DNA of 64,000 nucleotides from Bacteroidota bacterium. GTDB taxonomy: Bacteria; Bacteroidota; Ignavibacteria; UBA10030; UBA8401. A model generated the notes under the pieces. That model saw nothing but the letters and a program-made list of their open reading frames with translations. It was not told the DNA's origin and searched no databases. Positions within the stretch are counted from its first letter, which is position 1. The number at the start of each line of letters is the position of its first letter. Shown one piece after another: positions 10,221-19,578 of the stretch. The stretch spans positions 80,040 to 144,039 of the forward strand of contig JBAYIS010000002.1 of assembly GCA_041665525.1 (NCBI GenBank), written 5' to 3'. The translations under genes were made by a program, and so were the position numbers.

Positions 10221-11990
10221 CTATTTCAGAAGGATCATTTTTTTTGTGGAAACAAAACCATTAACATTCAAACGATAGAAATACATACCGCTCGTCAGAG
10301 ATTTGGAATCTTGGTGTGCAACAAAAGGAATGGAATATTGTCCTGCGCGCTGCATTTTATTCACCATTGTCGATACTTCTCTTCCCATCGCATCATACAC
10401 GATTAATGATACATGTCCATTTACCGCTACTTGATATGATATCATCGTTGTGGGATTGAATGGATTCGGATAGTTTTGAAACAGTATGTAATCAGAAGGA
10501 GCTGCACTACCCATTCCGACGGATGTTGTTACTCCGCTTTTCATGATACGTGAAGCATAAATATCAAAATTTCCGGATCGCTGATCCTGCCAGGCAATAA
10601 TCACTCCGCCGCTGCCGTCGCTGGCAGTGCTCGGATTTGTTTGCGTGCTGTCCGCCGTGCCGATCGGCATTCCGTTGGCTGTCCATGGAAAAGCAAAACT
10701 GCCGGTGATCCGCGACGCATACACATCGTATGTATTGTGGTTGATGCTGCTGTCCCGTTTATCGATCCATGTGATCACCGCGCCATTGCTGCTGTCCGTG
10801 ACAATAGTCGGATGCGACTGGTTTCCGGCAGCACTGCTGACGATGATCCCATTCACATTCCAACCTGTTGCAACAACTCCGGTTGAATCGACACGCTGGG
10901 CATAGATGTCGGACGTAATTCCGGTTCGGAAATCTTCCCATGTCATCAATGCACCGCCAACACCATCGCTCACCAGTCGAGGATTGATCTGATCATACGC
11001 CACATTGTTATTCATCACCGTTCCGTTTACCACCCATCGAATGGCGACTTCTGCTGTCATCCGCTGGACCCAAATATCGATTGATGTGGTGCTGCGGAAA
11101 TCTTCCCATACAATAATCGCGCCGCCGTTGCCGTCGGCGCAAATGTCCGGATTGGTTTGATCTGTTGCCATGGTGCAGACCGCTCCGCCGTTGGCGATGC
11201 CGATGACACCGCCGATGGCGCTGACGTGTTGTGTATAGATATCATAATTTCCCGCACGCTGATCGTACCATGTAAGATATGCCCCGCCGCTGCCGTCATC
11301 GATAATTCTCGGTCCATGCTGCGCTGCAGCTTCGGTGCATACTCCGATGCCGTTAGCGGTCCATTGAGAAACACCGGCTGCATTTACTCGCTGAATGTAG
11401 ATATCAGCAAGCCCGGGACCGGCGTTGCTGCGAAAATCTTCCCACGCAAATAATGCTCCTCCCTTGCCGTCGCTCACCATGGCAATGTTTGTTTGATCAA
11501 ATACCGTTACGCACACAGGGGTACCGGATGCCGGTCCCCATTGCAACACACCGGATGCATTGACCCGCTGGGTATAAATGTCATAATTGCCGCTTCGCTT
11601 GTCCTGCCACGAGATAATAGCTCCACTGTTCCCGTCGCCGATGATGGTTGGATTGATTTGATTGCTGTCCGCCGCACAGATTACTATCCCATTCGCCGCC
11701 CATTGTACCGATCCGGCGGCATTGATTCGCTGTGCATACAGATCATAATTCCCATTCCGTTTATCCTGCCAGACAATAAACGCGCCGCCGGCACCGTCGC
11801 CGACAGCAGCGGGATTGATCTGATCGTTGGCAGAGTTGCTGATTAGTGTATTCACTTTGGGATCGCCGGACCATTGCGAATGAAGGAGGGTCGGAATCAT
11901 TAGAAAAATTCCGCCGAATACGATACTGGAAAATAGTCGGCGCAGAGAGGATGTTTGTAAGAGAACAGTGGTGATGGTATAAATTTTCAT
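10221..11990 (-). CDS. repeat protein (~10 tandem ~55-aa beta-propeller-like repeats) with T9SS C-terminal sorting domain
   Basis: Signal peptide. The repeated motif G(D/N)G.GGA.I.W.D.R.GNYDIY.QRV...G...W..NG recurs about 10 times. The C-terminus is a CTD (FQNYPNPFNPTTMISY...GMYFYRL..KKMILLK). Confidence 0.8.
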   Translation of the reverse strand: MKIYTITTVLLQTSSLRRLFSSIVFGGIFLMIPTLLHSQWSGDPKVNTLISNSANDQINPAAVGDGAGGAFIVWQDKRNGNYDLYAQRINAAGSVQWAANGIVICAADSNQINPTIIGDGNSGAIISWQDKRSGNYDIYTQRVNASGVLQWGPASGTPVCVTVFDQTNIAMVSDGKGGALFAWEDFRSNAGPGLADIYIQRVNAAGVSQWTANGIGVCTEAAAQHGPRIIDDGSGGAYLTWYDQRAGNYDIYTQHVSAIGGVIGIANGGAVCTMATDQTNPDICADGNGGAIIVWEDFRSTTSIDIWVQRMTAEVAIRWVVNGTVMNNNVAYDQINPRLVSDGVGGALMTWEDFRTGITSDIYAQRVDSTGVVATGWNVNGIIVSSAAGNQSHPTIVTDSSNGAVITWIDKRDSSINHNTYDVYASRITGSFAFPWTANGMPIGTADSTQTNPSTASDGSGGVIIAWQDQRSGNFDIYASRIMKSGVTTSVGMGSAAPSDYILFQNYPNPFNPTTMISYQVAVNGHVSLIVYDAMGREVSTMVNKMQRAGQYSIPFVAHQDSKSLTSGMYFYRLNVNGFVSTKKMILLK

Positions 11991-12094
11991 AGTATTGGTA
12001 TTGGTAAAAATTTGGTGTCTATAGTTCTATTGTGAATTTCTCCTCCCCCGTCGTTTTGATTTTAACGGGGGTGAGCAATTCACACGATCGTAAA

Positions 12095-12919
12095 TTATAA
12101 TGCTGTCTTTACCACTGTACTGCCGGCCATGGTTATTCCGCCGATTCGCGCTAATAAATGTCCTTCAACAGACGCTCCGGTATTCAATGAGATCGATTGA
12201 TCGGCCATGATTGTACCTTTAAAAACCGATGTGGTTCCGAGCGTTGCAGACGTACCAACCTGCCAGAAGATATTCGAAGCCAGCGCGCTCCCTTTCAAAA
12301 TTATTTTCCGACCGGAGGTCATGCTGAGAGTGGAGGCAATCTGAATGATGAATACGGCATTTGCATTTCCTTTTGCATCGAATGTTAGTTCGCCGGAAGA
12401 GATTTCCAACGAGCCGCTTGATTTATAGAGTCCGGGCGTGAGTGTCACACCGCCGATGTTGCCGGCAAGTAGAACAATGTCTGTTGCTGTTCGCCCTGCA
12501 GCATCATTATAGGCTGTTGTCAGATCCCCTTTTGCAGCAGTTAGCATTGCCGGTGTGCCGACAGGCGAAACGTCATCGGCTGCATAAATAGTCCCGGTTA
12601 CTTCCGTTAACCCGAAGCCGGTAATGAACGATCGCGCTGCGGGGCTGATCCCGATGTCGCCTGTGATTGCTGATGTGGGAACATTCGAAATAAGCGATCC
12701 CGCCAGAAGTGCAAATCGTGCGGTGGTGCGGAGATTCACTTTGGCCTGTACTGTGGTCTGGAGCGGTATAACGATCGGCGTCGTGCCGACAACTGTTCCG
12801 TCGTCGTTACCACAACCGGTAAATACCAGTCCCATGAATATTGCAACCGATAGTGCAATAATAGCGCTATGCTTCCAAGTGATTGGCCGAAGAGAATTAT
12901 GTATGTGCATGATGTTCAT
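12095..12919 (-). CDS. DUF3494 (ice-binding-like) lipoprotein, single domain, no CTD
   Basis: GGAG RBS upstream of ATG at 12919. Lipobox VFTGCGND. DUF3494 motifs (FALLAGSLISNVPTSAITGDIGISPAARSFITGF ... ASNIFWQVGTSATLGTTSVFKGTIMADQSISLNTGASVEGHLLA). Confidence 0.75.
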   Translation of the reverse strand: MNIMHIHNSLRPITWKHSAIIALSVAIFMGLVFTGCGNDDGTVVGTTPIVIPLQTTVQAKVNLRTTARFALLAGSLISNVPTSAITGDIGISPAARSFITGFGLTEVTGTIYAADDVSPVGTPAMLTAAKGDLTTAYNDAAGRTATDIVLLAGNIGGVTLTPGLYKSSGSLEISSGELTFDAKGNANAVFIIQIASTLSMTSGRKIILKGSALASNIFWQVGTSATLGTTSVFKGTIMADQSISLNTGASVEGHLLARIGGITMAGSTVVKTAL

Positions 12920-13370
12920 GTGATACTCCATATAAAAATTGATGAGCCAAAGAATACCGTGATGGCCTTTGGCACTGGAACAACATACAGACTCGTTCAA
13001 GAGAAATATATCGCCCAGAAGGATGAAAGAATGATTAGACCTTTAGGACGAGTGTTCCGCAGCATGATGGTGTCCGAAGACACACGCCGGTATGAAAATT
13101 GACTCATACACCAAATGGGAAGAAGAGCCGTGTGCCTCTTCCTGTTCGTCATTTCTATCCGGATGAAGGGTCTATTTTCATCCCAAGGATGAGCGAGAAA
13201 TGCTCTTCGTTCCCAACGTAATGGAAAGAAGAGCATTTCCTCGCCGAATTTACTATCCTATTGCCGTTTCAATTAAATCTGATTGTAAAACAAAAACTGT
13301 TATCCTGAGCGAGCCGTAATTCCCTTGACGCCGAGTCGAAGGATGATCCTTAATACACAAGGTTACTTTT

Positions 13371-13531
13371 CTAGAAGTGGTCTCAAAAATGAATTTTATT
13401 TGTCATTCCGAACGACGACCCAATTGGTCAAGTGAGGAATCTCGATTTTACTATTGAAGATAAAAACAAGATTTCTCGATGCTTCGCATCTCGAAATGAC
13501 AGTGATTAGGTATTTTTGAGACCACTTCTAG
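13371..13531. repeat. MITE-like palindromic element with perfect 20-bp terminal inverted repeats
   Basis: CTAGAAGTGGTCTCAAAAAT at 13371-13390 is the exact reverse complement of ATTTTTGAGACCACTTCTAG at 13512-13531. There is additional internal imperfect dyad symmetry (TGTCATTCCGA / TCGAAATGACA). No ORF lies inside. Confidence 0.5.
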
Positions 13532-13581
13532 TTACAGCACTCATTCACCGGATTGATGGAGCCCGGTACTCAAGACATTCT

Positions 13582-15570
13582 TTATTCCGGAACTATATCA
13601 ATAATGACAGACCTATTATAGAAGCGTTGCTCCGGGAAATAATTGTCAAACGGTGCATACTGACTGTCTTCACCGAATGCAATGGTTTCGAAAGTCACAG
13701 TCTGTTTTTTGCTTTTCGAAAGACTGTTTTCGATGATCCGGCGAACACCTTCAACGCGCTCACTGGACAGATTCTCATTATATTCTTCTTCGCCGATGAT
13801 ATCGGTATAACCATGAATCACCACAATACCGCTGTCGGGAATCTGCGGCACAATCACTTCCGTCAAAAATTTTTCATAGCTGGCGACTGTTTTCGATTTA
13901 TCAAAATCAAAGAGGATGCTGTACCGTACTGCTTCACGTTTCGGAGCATCTCTGCGGATTAAGTGTACGGTAGATTCTTTGCGGACAGATTTCCCGCTCT
14001 TGGTCTGTGCCAGCATCACCACAGTATAGTTACCCTGGGCCCTGCCGCCGAGAATGGTATTCCCCGGAATAGTCATTCGTTCTTTGGTGTATGGCCCGAA
14101 CCGCTGAACTTTTCCGGCACTGTCTATTACCTCAATTGACCATGAGGAAAATGCCTCTTTCGCACCGGGGGCGTCGAAGAACACATGACTATCCAACGGA
14201 TCTTCCACAACGGCGACAATTTGAACCGGTTTTAACATATAATGTGGACCGCCGCCGACTTGTATCATCAGTTCCGGCGAAGCGCTCTCAATATCTACTC
14301 TATTATCACCTTCACGGATCAATATCAGTTCTTTTGTTCCGCCGATGATCTCCGAAGGGACTTTGGGTTTGTCGCGTCCTTCGGTCGTGATTCTTGCAGA
14401 ATCTATTCCAAAGACATTGACCAAATAGAGTTTTACCGATTCAGCACGTTCTTTTCCCTGCAATTCCCCGGCACCCGACGAACCACTCAAGTGAACTGAC
14501 GTTCCCGGATTCCGTCTCATCCTGTCCCCAACAACATTTAGAATGTTGTAATAGACGGTCATTTGGCGAAGCGAGCGGCCGGTATTATTTTTCGGCTGCA
14601 CTTCCTGTAACTCTTCTTCCTTAAAATTCACCGCTTCTGCCTTCGTCAGCTTCTCATACCGCATCGGGATAGCCGCTGATCCTTCTTCGAAGAAAACATA
14701 ATCTCGCATCGGGAATGATTCACGCACTCTCCGTTTTACCGGAACTGCTTTCGGAGCCCGGACAGAAAACTTCACATCCTTTTCGATAATGACTGCTTCC
14801 GGCGGCACATACGCTTGTTCTACAACATCACCGCTGCCGAATGTCAACGATACACCAACACGAACAGTGGAAACTGCCCACGTCTCAACAGAACGGGGAT
14901 CCTGTCCAAAATACGGTTGGAATGAAACGAACGGCGACAATTCCCATTGGGTCTCGGCATCCGACGCGCTGAGCGGAATTGCATATCCCACGCCGATCTG
15001 ACCGGATAACACAAGGCTGTTCATATCGCTGAACTCTCCCTGTGTGGTCGATTGTCCTTCGTGAACAAAAAGAAATTTCTTCTCATCCGGTGAGGAGAAC
15101 GAAAAATTATACCCGATCCTCGGGCCGCCGAAAATGTAGAATTCATCTTCAAAGGGAGAGAAACGGAGACTGGGTTCAAATGAAATGTAACTGATCGTTG
15201 CGTTCAGGGTCGAGTTTTCACCGCAGGGACACGGAACATCGAAAAATGCTGCGCGTCGATCGTCATATCCTAATTGCAGTATGCCGCCCCACATGGTATT
15301 CGGTCGATATTCTAAAACGGGCGCGAGATAAATGCCCGCACCAAATCCTTTATGAAATGCCGTTGGTACCGATAATCCGGAATTCAGCATCTGTGTTGTT
15401 CCGCCGTAGAAATTCAAGTTGACCGCTCCGGCTCCGCCATACCACCATACCGGAGTGGAATACTGTTCCTCCTGTGCCGGTGCGGTGGCTGCGACAAACA
15501 CCATTGCGCAAGCAATCATGAGACTGCGTACGAGTGCTGATTTTTTACTGTTCGATTGAAATTGATACAT
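13582..15570 (-). CDS. OmpA-family outer-membrane protein (N-terminal beta-barrel, central domain, C-terminal OmpA peptidoglycan-binding domain)
   Basis: Signal peptide (ACAMVFVAATAPAQ). G/Y-rich barrel strands. The C-terminus carries the OmpA-C signature (VIHGYTDIIGEEEYNENLSSERVEGV). Confidence 0.8.
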   Translation of the reverse strand: MYQFQSNSKKSALVRSLMIACAMVFVAATAPAQEEQYSTPVWWYGGAGAVNLNFYGGTTQMLNSGLSVPTAFHKGFGAGIYLAPVLEYRPNTMWGGILQLGYDDRRAAFFDVPCPCGENSTLNATISYISFEPSLRFSPFEDEFYIFGGPRIGYNFSFSSPDEKKFLFVHEGQSTTQGEFSDMNSLVLSGQIGVGYAIPLSASDAETQWELSPFVSFQPYFGQDPRSVETWAVSTVRVGVSLTFGSGDVVEQAYVPPEAVIIEKDVKFSVRAPKAVPVKRRVRESFPMRDYVFFEEGSAAIPMRYEKLTKAEAVNFKEEELQEVQPKNNTGRSLRQMTVYYNILNVVGDRMRRNPGTSVHLSGSSGAGELQGKERAESVKLYLVNVFGIDSARITTEGRDKPKVPSEIIGGTKELILIREGDNRVDIESASPELMIQVGGGPHYMLKPVQIVAVVEDPLDSHVFFDAPGAKEAFSSWSIEVIDSAGKVQRFGPYTKERMTIPGNTILGGRAQGNYTVVMLAQTKSGKSVRKESTVHLIRRDAPKREAVRYSILFDFDKSKTVASYEKFLTEVIVPQIPDSGIVVIHGYTDIIGEEEYNENLSSERVEGVRRIIENSLSKSKKQTVTFETIAFGEDSQYAPFDNYFPEQRFYNRSVIIDIVPE

Positions 15571-15710
15571 ACAAACCTCCTGTGAAAAGTATTTTTAATC
15601 ATTAATCCACAATCTACTTCTGCAATGAGCGGACCAATCAACCATTGCAGATTCCATGCCCCGGGAAACTCCTGCATACACCAAAGGTTGCTGTATGCAG
15701 GATGTCGATA

Positions 15711-18700
15711 TTATGGTGTTGGAACATATACTGTTGAAGCAGCACCATCCAAAGCAAGCGTACTGGCACCGAGCGCGCCGGCTAATAATCTGCCATAAAC
15801 CGTTGTTCCGCCGGCAAGCGTAAGGTCCCCGCCAGCCAGAACATTTCCGTAGAAGATTGTTCCCGATCCTATCGACGCAGCCGCTGTCGGTACGAAGAAC
15901 ACATTCTTCTGCTGAGCCGATCCGGTGAGTGTCACATCGCCCCCCGGTGCTCCGGAGAATGTCGACAATGAGGAACCGATCTGGAAGACCCAGACGGCAT
16001 CCGCATTGCCGCCGCCGTCGAGAATGACCGGTGTATTGATCAATAAAGTACTGCTGGAAGTATAGGTTCCCGGAGGAAGACGACCCGGAGGATTTGCACC
16101 AACAATAAACGAACCTAAGTCCTGACCATCAGGCACGGTGATACCTACTGGTTTATTCTTGGCAAAATTAAATGCTGTTGTCAGATCGGTATATACCGCC
16201 GAAGCGACTCCATCGGCAATGTGTAATTCACCATGCACTTGCGCTGCCAATAATCCATTGGAATTGCCCGGGAACATTGCGACATCACCCCATATTTGGG
16301 AGGCTCCGCTGGCATCGGTGATCGCAGATGACGATAAGATTCCATATGTGCTGGCTAAGCCAAGCGGTACCGCACCCGGTGCCAGACCATCGCCGGTGGT
16401 AAAGCGCCAAACCGTTGAATAAGCACTTGTTCCGCCGCTGTTCTTTGCATTCACACGCCAGTAATATGTGGTATTGATTTTCAAGCCTGTAACGGGTTTT
16501 ATCAGACCTAGTACCGTAGAATCATTCACGACTGGATTCGCAAAGACTTGACTCGTATCCAGCTGCACTCTGTACGATGAGGCTCCGTTCGAAGCGAGCC
16601 AGCTCAGTGACAGATTCAATTTCTGATCGATCGCTGCATCCAGCGGTGCTGAGAGAATCGGCGGCTGTGGAACAGTAAGTATTACTGTAAAGCTCCGCAC
16701 GATGGAATATGGGCTGGTTCCGGAACCATTCTTTGCATTGACACGCCAGAAGTATGTCGTTCCGTTCACCAGACCGGTAATAGGCTGTGATGTGCCGGTA
16801 ATAGTTGAATCATTGAAGAGCGTTGTCGCAAAGGTATTGCTCGTGGAAAGCTGCAAGCGATACGTATTGGCACCGATCGATGCGTTCCAGCTGAGTGACG
16901 GATTTGTCGGTCGGTTTGTCGCCAAATCACTCGGTGCGATTAATGTAGGCGCTAACGGTACGGCGGTTGTATTAAAGCTCCAAACCGTTGAAAACACGCT
17001 TGTTCCAGCCGCATTCTTTGCGTTCACACGCCAGAAGTAAGTTGTTCCAACCGATAAGCCGGAAATTAGCTGCGATGTGCTTGTGCGGGTGGAATCATTA
17101 TAGAGTGTTGTTGCAAAAGTATTGACGGTGGAAACCTGTACACGGTATGTCGATGCACCGGCGACGGAATTCCATATCAGTGTCGGATTTGCCGATTGGT
17201 TGGTTGCGCTATTAAGCGGCGCCACTAACACCGGCGCTGATGGCGCAACGATGGTCGTGAAGCTACGAATGGAAGAGTACACGCTTGTACCGGCAGCATT
17301 TTTTGCATTCACACGCCAGAAATATTGTGTTCCGACAGCGAGTCCACTTACCTGCTGCGACGTACTGGTGAGTGTTGAGTCATTATAGGTTGTTGTCGCA
17401 AACGTGTTCACCGTCGACACCTGCAATCGATACGTCGACGCACCGGAGACAGCAAGCCAGATCAGTGAAGGATTCACCGACTGATTGATCGCTGCATCGG
17501 TCGGAGCAAAGAGCACCGGCGCTGCGGGTGCAACAATGGTCGTAAAGCTTCGGATCGTTGAATAGGCACTCGTTCCGGCAAGGTTCTTGGCATTCACTCT
17601 CCAGAAGTATGTGGTGCCGATCGCCAGGCCAGTAACCTGTTGTGATGTACTGGTGCGGGTCGAATCATTATAGACTGTTGTCGCAAACGTATTGCTGGTG
17701 GAAACCTGCAGACGATACGTTTCGGCTGCCGGCACATCGTTCCAGATGAGTGTCGCTATGACGGGTTGATTGATCGCCGCATTAAGCGGAGTAACCAGTG
17801 TGGGTACTGCCGGCGCGGCAATCGTCGTAAAGCTCCAAACATCCGAATACTCGCTAGTCTGTCCGGATATTTTGGAATTCACACGCCAGAAATACGTGGT
17901 GCCAATGGAGAGTCCGGATATCAATTGCGATGTATTGGTCAGCGTCGAATCGTTGAAGAGTGTTGATGCAAAAGTATTGGACGTGGAAACTTGTAATCGA
18001 TATGAACCGGCTCCGGGAACTACATTCCACACAAGCGTCGAATTGACAGCCTGATGAAGTGCTCCGTCAAGCGGAGCAACGAGTGTCGGAGTTCCTGCGC
18101 TGATTGTTGTAAAGCTGCGTGATGAATACGTGCTTGTTCCTGCCGCATTCTTTGCACTAACGCGCCAGAAATATCCGGTTCCCCCGACTAATCCGGTCAC
18201 CTGCTGCGATGTCCCGGTAATTGTAGCATTGTTATAGACGGTGTTCACAAACGAACTGGAAGTCGAAACTTGCAGTGTGTATGAACTTGCTCCCGGTGAC
18301 GCTGTCCAACTAAACGTAGGACTGGTGGAAATATTTATTGCAGAAGCATTCGGTGTAACGAGCACCGGTGCTGCCGGAACAGCGATTGTCGAAAAATTCC
18401 AGACATTGGAATAGGCGCTTGTTCCGCCGGAAATCTTTGAATTCACTCTCCAATAATATGTTGAACCTACGGTCAGCCCCGATACCACGGTGGAAGTGTT
18501 GGTCAGTGTTGAATCATTGAAAACGGTAACAACAAATCCCGGATCAAGCGATACCTGCAGACGGTAGGATGATGCGCTCTGCACAGTATTCCAGGTGAAT
18601 GTCTGAATTATTGATTGATTGATTGCCCCGTCGATCGGCGAAACAAGCACCGGCGTGCCGGCAGCAATGGTCGTAAAGGACCAGACATACGCAGCCGCAA

Positions 18701-19187
18701 GCGGTGTGCCGACTCTATCTTTTACGCCGGTCGTGAGTGTGCACGTATAAGTGAGATTTGGAGCAAGCCCGTCCTGAACGACCAAGATCGCAGTAGTATC
18801 CGAGTACGATACGTTGGAAAGCAGAACTGTCGTTCCCTGTTTGATGATGAATGTCGACGAGTTTATGGTTCGTGCATCCATCGGAGTGCTGAATGTTGCG
18901 GTAACAATTTTAACGGCGACGGGTTTTAGTATTTTCGTGCCGCCCATTTTTTTACTCAATGACTCATTCGTCCCTCCGTCAACAGGAGAGGTCCGAATAA
19001 CAGTCGGGGCTGCGCAGACGTTCACTGTTCCGACCACTTCATCTCTGCATCCGCTCATAAACAGCACGGAAAGAATGGTGGTGGTAAAAAAAATCGCTGC
19101 AACAGTTCCGAGAAGTTTCCGATGTGTGCGGGGATAACCGGACCGTCGGTTGATTGGTGATGTTTGGTGTGTTGTGAGAGTATTCAT
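15711..19187 (-). CDS. giant lipoprotein: Ig/Big-like domain, 8 tandem FN3-like repeats, C-terminal DUF3494 (ice-binding-like) domain
   Basis: Lipobox LFMSGCRD. Big-like N-terminal domain. Eight ~94-aa repeats each ending in ..T(Y/F)(Y/F)WRVN(A/S)KN..G.S.YS. The C-terminal ~230 aa are DUF3494-like (ADAVWVFQIGSSL ... KNVFFVPTAAASIGSGTIFYGNVLAGGDLTLAGGTTVYGRLLA). No T9SS CTD. Confidence 0.85.
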   Translation of the reverse strand: MNTLTTHQTSPINRRSGYPRTHRKLLGTVAAIFFTTTILSVLFMSGCRDEVVGTVNVCAAPTVIRTSPVDGGTNESLSKKMGGTKILKPVAVKIVTATFSTPMDARTINSSTFIIKQGTTVLLSNVSYSDTTAILVVQDGLAPNLTYTCTLTTGVKDRVGTPLAAAYVWSFTTIAAGTPVLVSPIDGAINQSIIQTFTWNTVQSASSYRLQVSLDPGFVVTVFNDSTLTNTSTVVSGLTVGSTYYWRVNSKISGGTSAYSNVWNFSTIAVPAAPVLVTPNASAINISTSPTFSWTASPGASSYTLQVSTSSSFVNTVYNNATITGTSQQVTGLVGGTGYFWRVSAKNAAGTSTYSSRSFTTISAGTPTLVAPLDGALHQAVNSTLVWNVVPGAGSYRLQVSTSNTFASTLFNDSTLTNTSQLISGLSIGTTYFWRVNSKISGQTSEYSDVWSFTTIAAPAVPTLVTPLNAAINQPVIATLIWNDVPAAETYRLQVSTSNTFATTVYNDSTRTSTSQQVTGLAIGTTYFWRVNAKNLAGTSAYSTIRSFTTIVAPAAPVLFAPTDAAINQSVNPSLIWLAVSGASTYRLQVSTVNTFATTTYNDSTLTSTSQQVSGLAVGTQYFWRVNAKNAAGTSVYSSIRSFTTIVAPSAPVLVAPLNSATNQSANPTLIWNSVAGASTYRVQVSTVNTFATTLYNDSTRTSTSQLISGLSVGTTYFWRVNAKNAAGTSVFSTVWSFNTTAVPLAPTLIAPSDLATNRPTNPSLSWNASIGANTYRLQLSTSNTFATTLFNDSTITGTSQPITGLVNGTTYFWRVNAKNGSGTSPYSIVRSFTVILTVPQPPILSAPLDAAIDQKLNLSLSWLASNGASSYRVQLDTSQVFANPVVNDSTVLGLIKPVTGLKINTTYYWRVNAKNSGGTSAYSTVWRFTTGDGLAPGAVPLGLASTYGILSSSAITDASGASQIWGDVAMFPGNSNGLLAAQVHGELHIADGVASAVYTDLTTAFNFAKNKPVGITVPDGQDLGSFIVGANPPGRLPPGTYTSSSTLLINTPVILDGGGNADAVWVFQIGSSLSTFSGAPGGDVTLTGSAQQKNVFFVPTAAASIGSGTIFYGNVLAGGDLTLAGGTTVYGRLLAGALGASTLALDGAASTVYVPTP
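16380..18700 (-). repeat. DNA-level tandem array, about 8 copies of a ~285-bp unit encoding the FN3-like repeats
   Basis: The block ttcacacgccagaa(a/g)ta recurs at about 16451, 16741, 17025, 17311, 17594, 17880, 18160 and 18445, a period of 283-290 bp. This causes the spurious repeated plus-strand ORFs (FFAFTRQKY...). Confidence 0.8.
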
Positions 19188-19251
19188 GGATCCCTCTGTA
19201 AGATGGTATTGGTGATAGATAATACTTGCATAGCTCGTATCATGCCGGTGA

Positions 19252-19578
19252 TCAGGCAGATCGGCGTTTCGTCGTTCGTTGCGTTGTTGATAATTTCGTA
19301 GCGGTCGTTTTCATTTTCTTCTTTTTTGATCGCGTTTCGCTTTTCATTTTCATCAGATTGGCGTTAGATTTTTTTAATTGCTCCATAATCTTTTTATACA
19401 CAGTCACATGGCGTTTTACTTCTTCCTTGGCAATGCCGTATTTCTCCTGAAGCATGCCAACAACCTGTTCGTGTTTTCCGGCAATTGCGGCAAGTTCATC
19501 ATTCATCAGTTTTCCCCAGTGATGCACTGCCTTGCCTCGACGTTGTTTCCACTGTCCTTCAATTCTATCCCAGTTCAT
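19252..19578 (-). CDS. CsbD-like general stress protein with Lys-rich C-terminal tail
   Basis: The N-terminus MNWDRIEGQWKQRRGKAVHHWGKLMNDELAAIAGKHEQVVGMLQEKYGI matches the CsbD family pattern. A basic KKKKMK tail follows. Confidence 0.65.
   Translation of the reverse strand: MNWDRIEGQWKQRRGKAVHHWGKLMNDELAAIAGKHEQVVGMLQEKYGIAKEEVKRHVTVYKKIMEQLKKSNANLMKMKSETRSKKKKMKTTATKLSTTQRTTKRRSA

Noticed and set aside
12997-13236. 79-aa minus-strand ORF (and a 77-aa plus-strand ORF) in the 12920-13370 intergenic region.
   Set aside because: The region is full of short hairpins and repeat blocks. The ORFs lack a start context and look like chance frames across structured or repetitive DNA.
16702-18054. 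Repeated plus-strand ORFs (16702-17040, 17122-17388, 17770-18054) with recurring FFAFTRQKY peptides.
   Set aside because: They arise from the 285-bp tandem DNA repeats encoding the FN3 array on the opposite strand. They are not independent genes.
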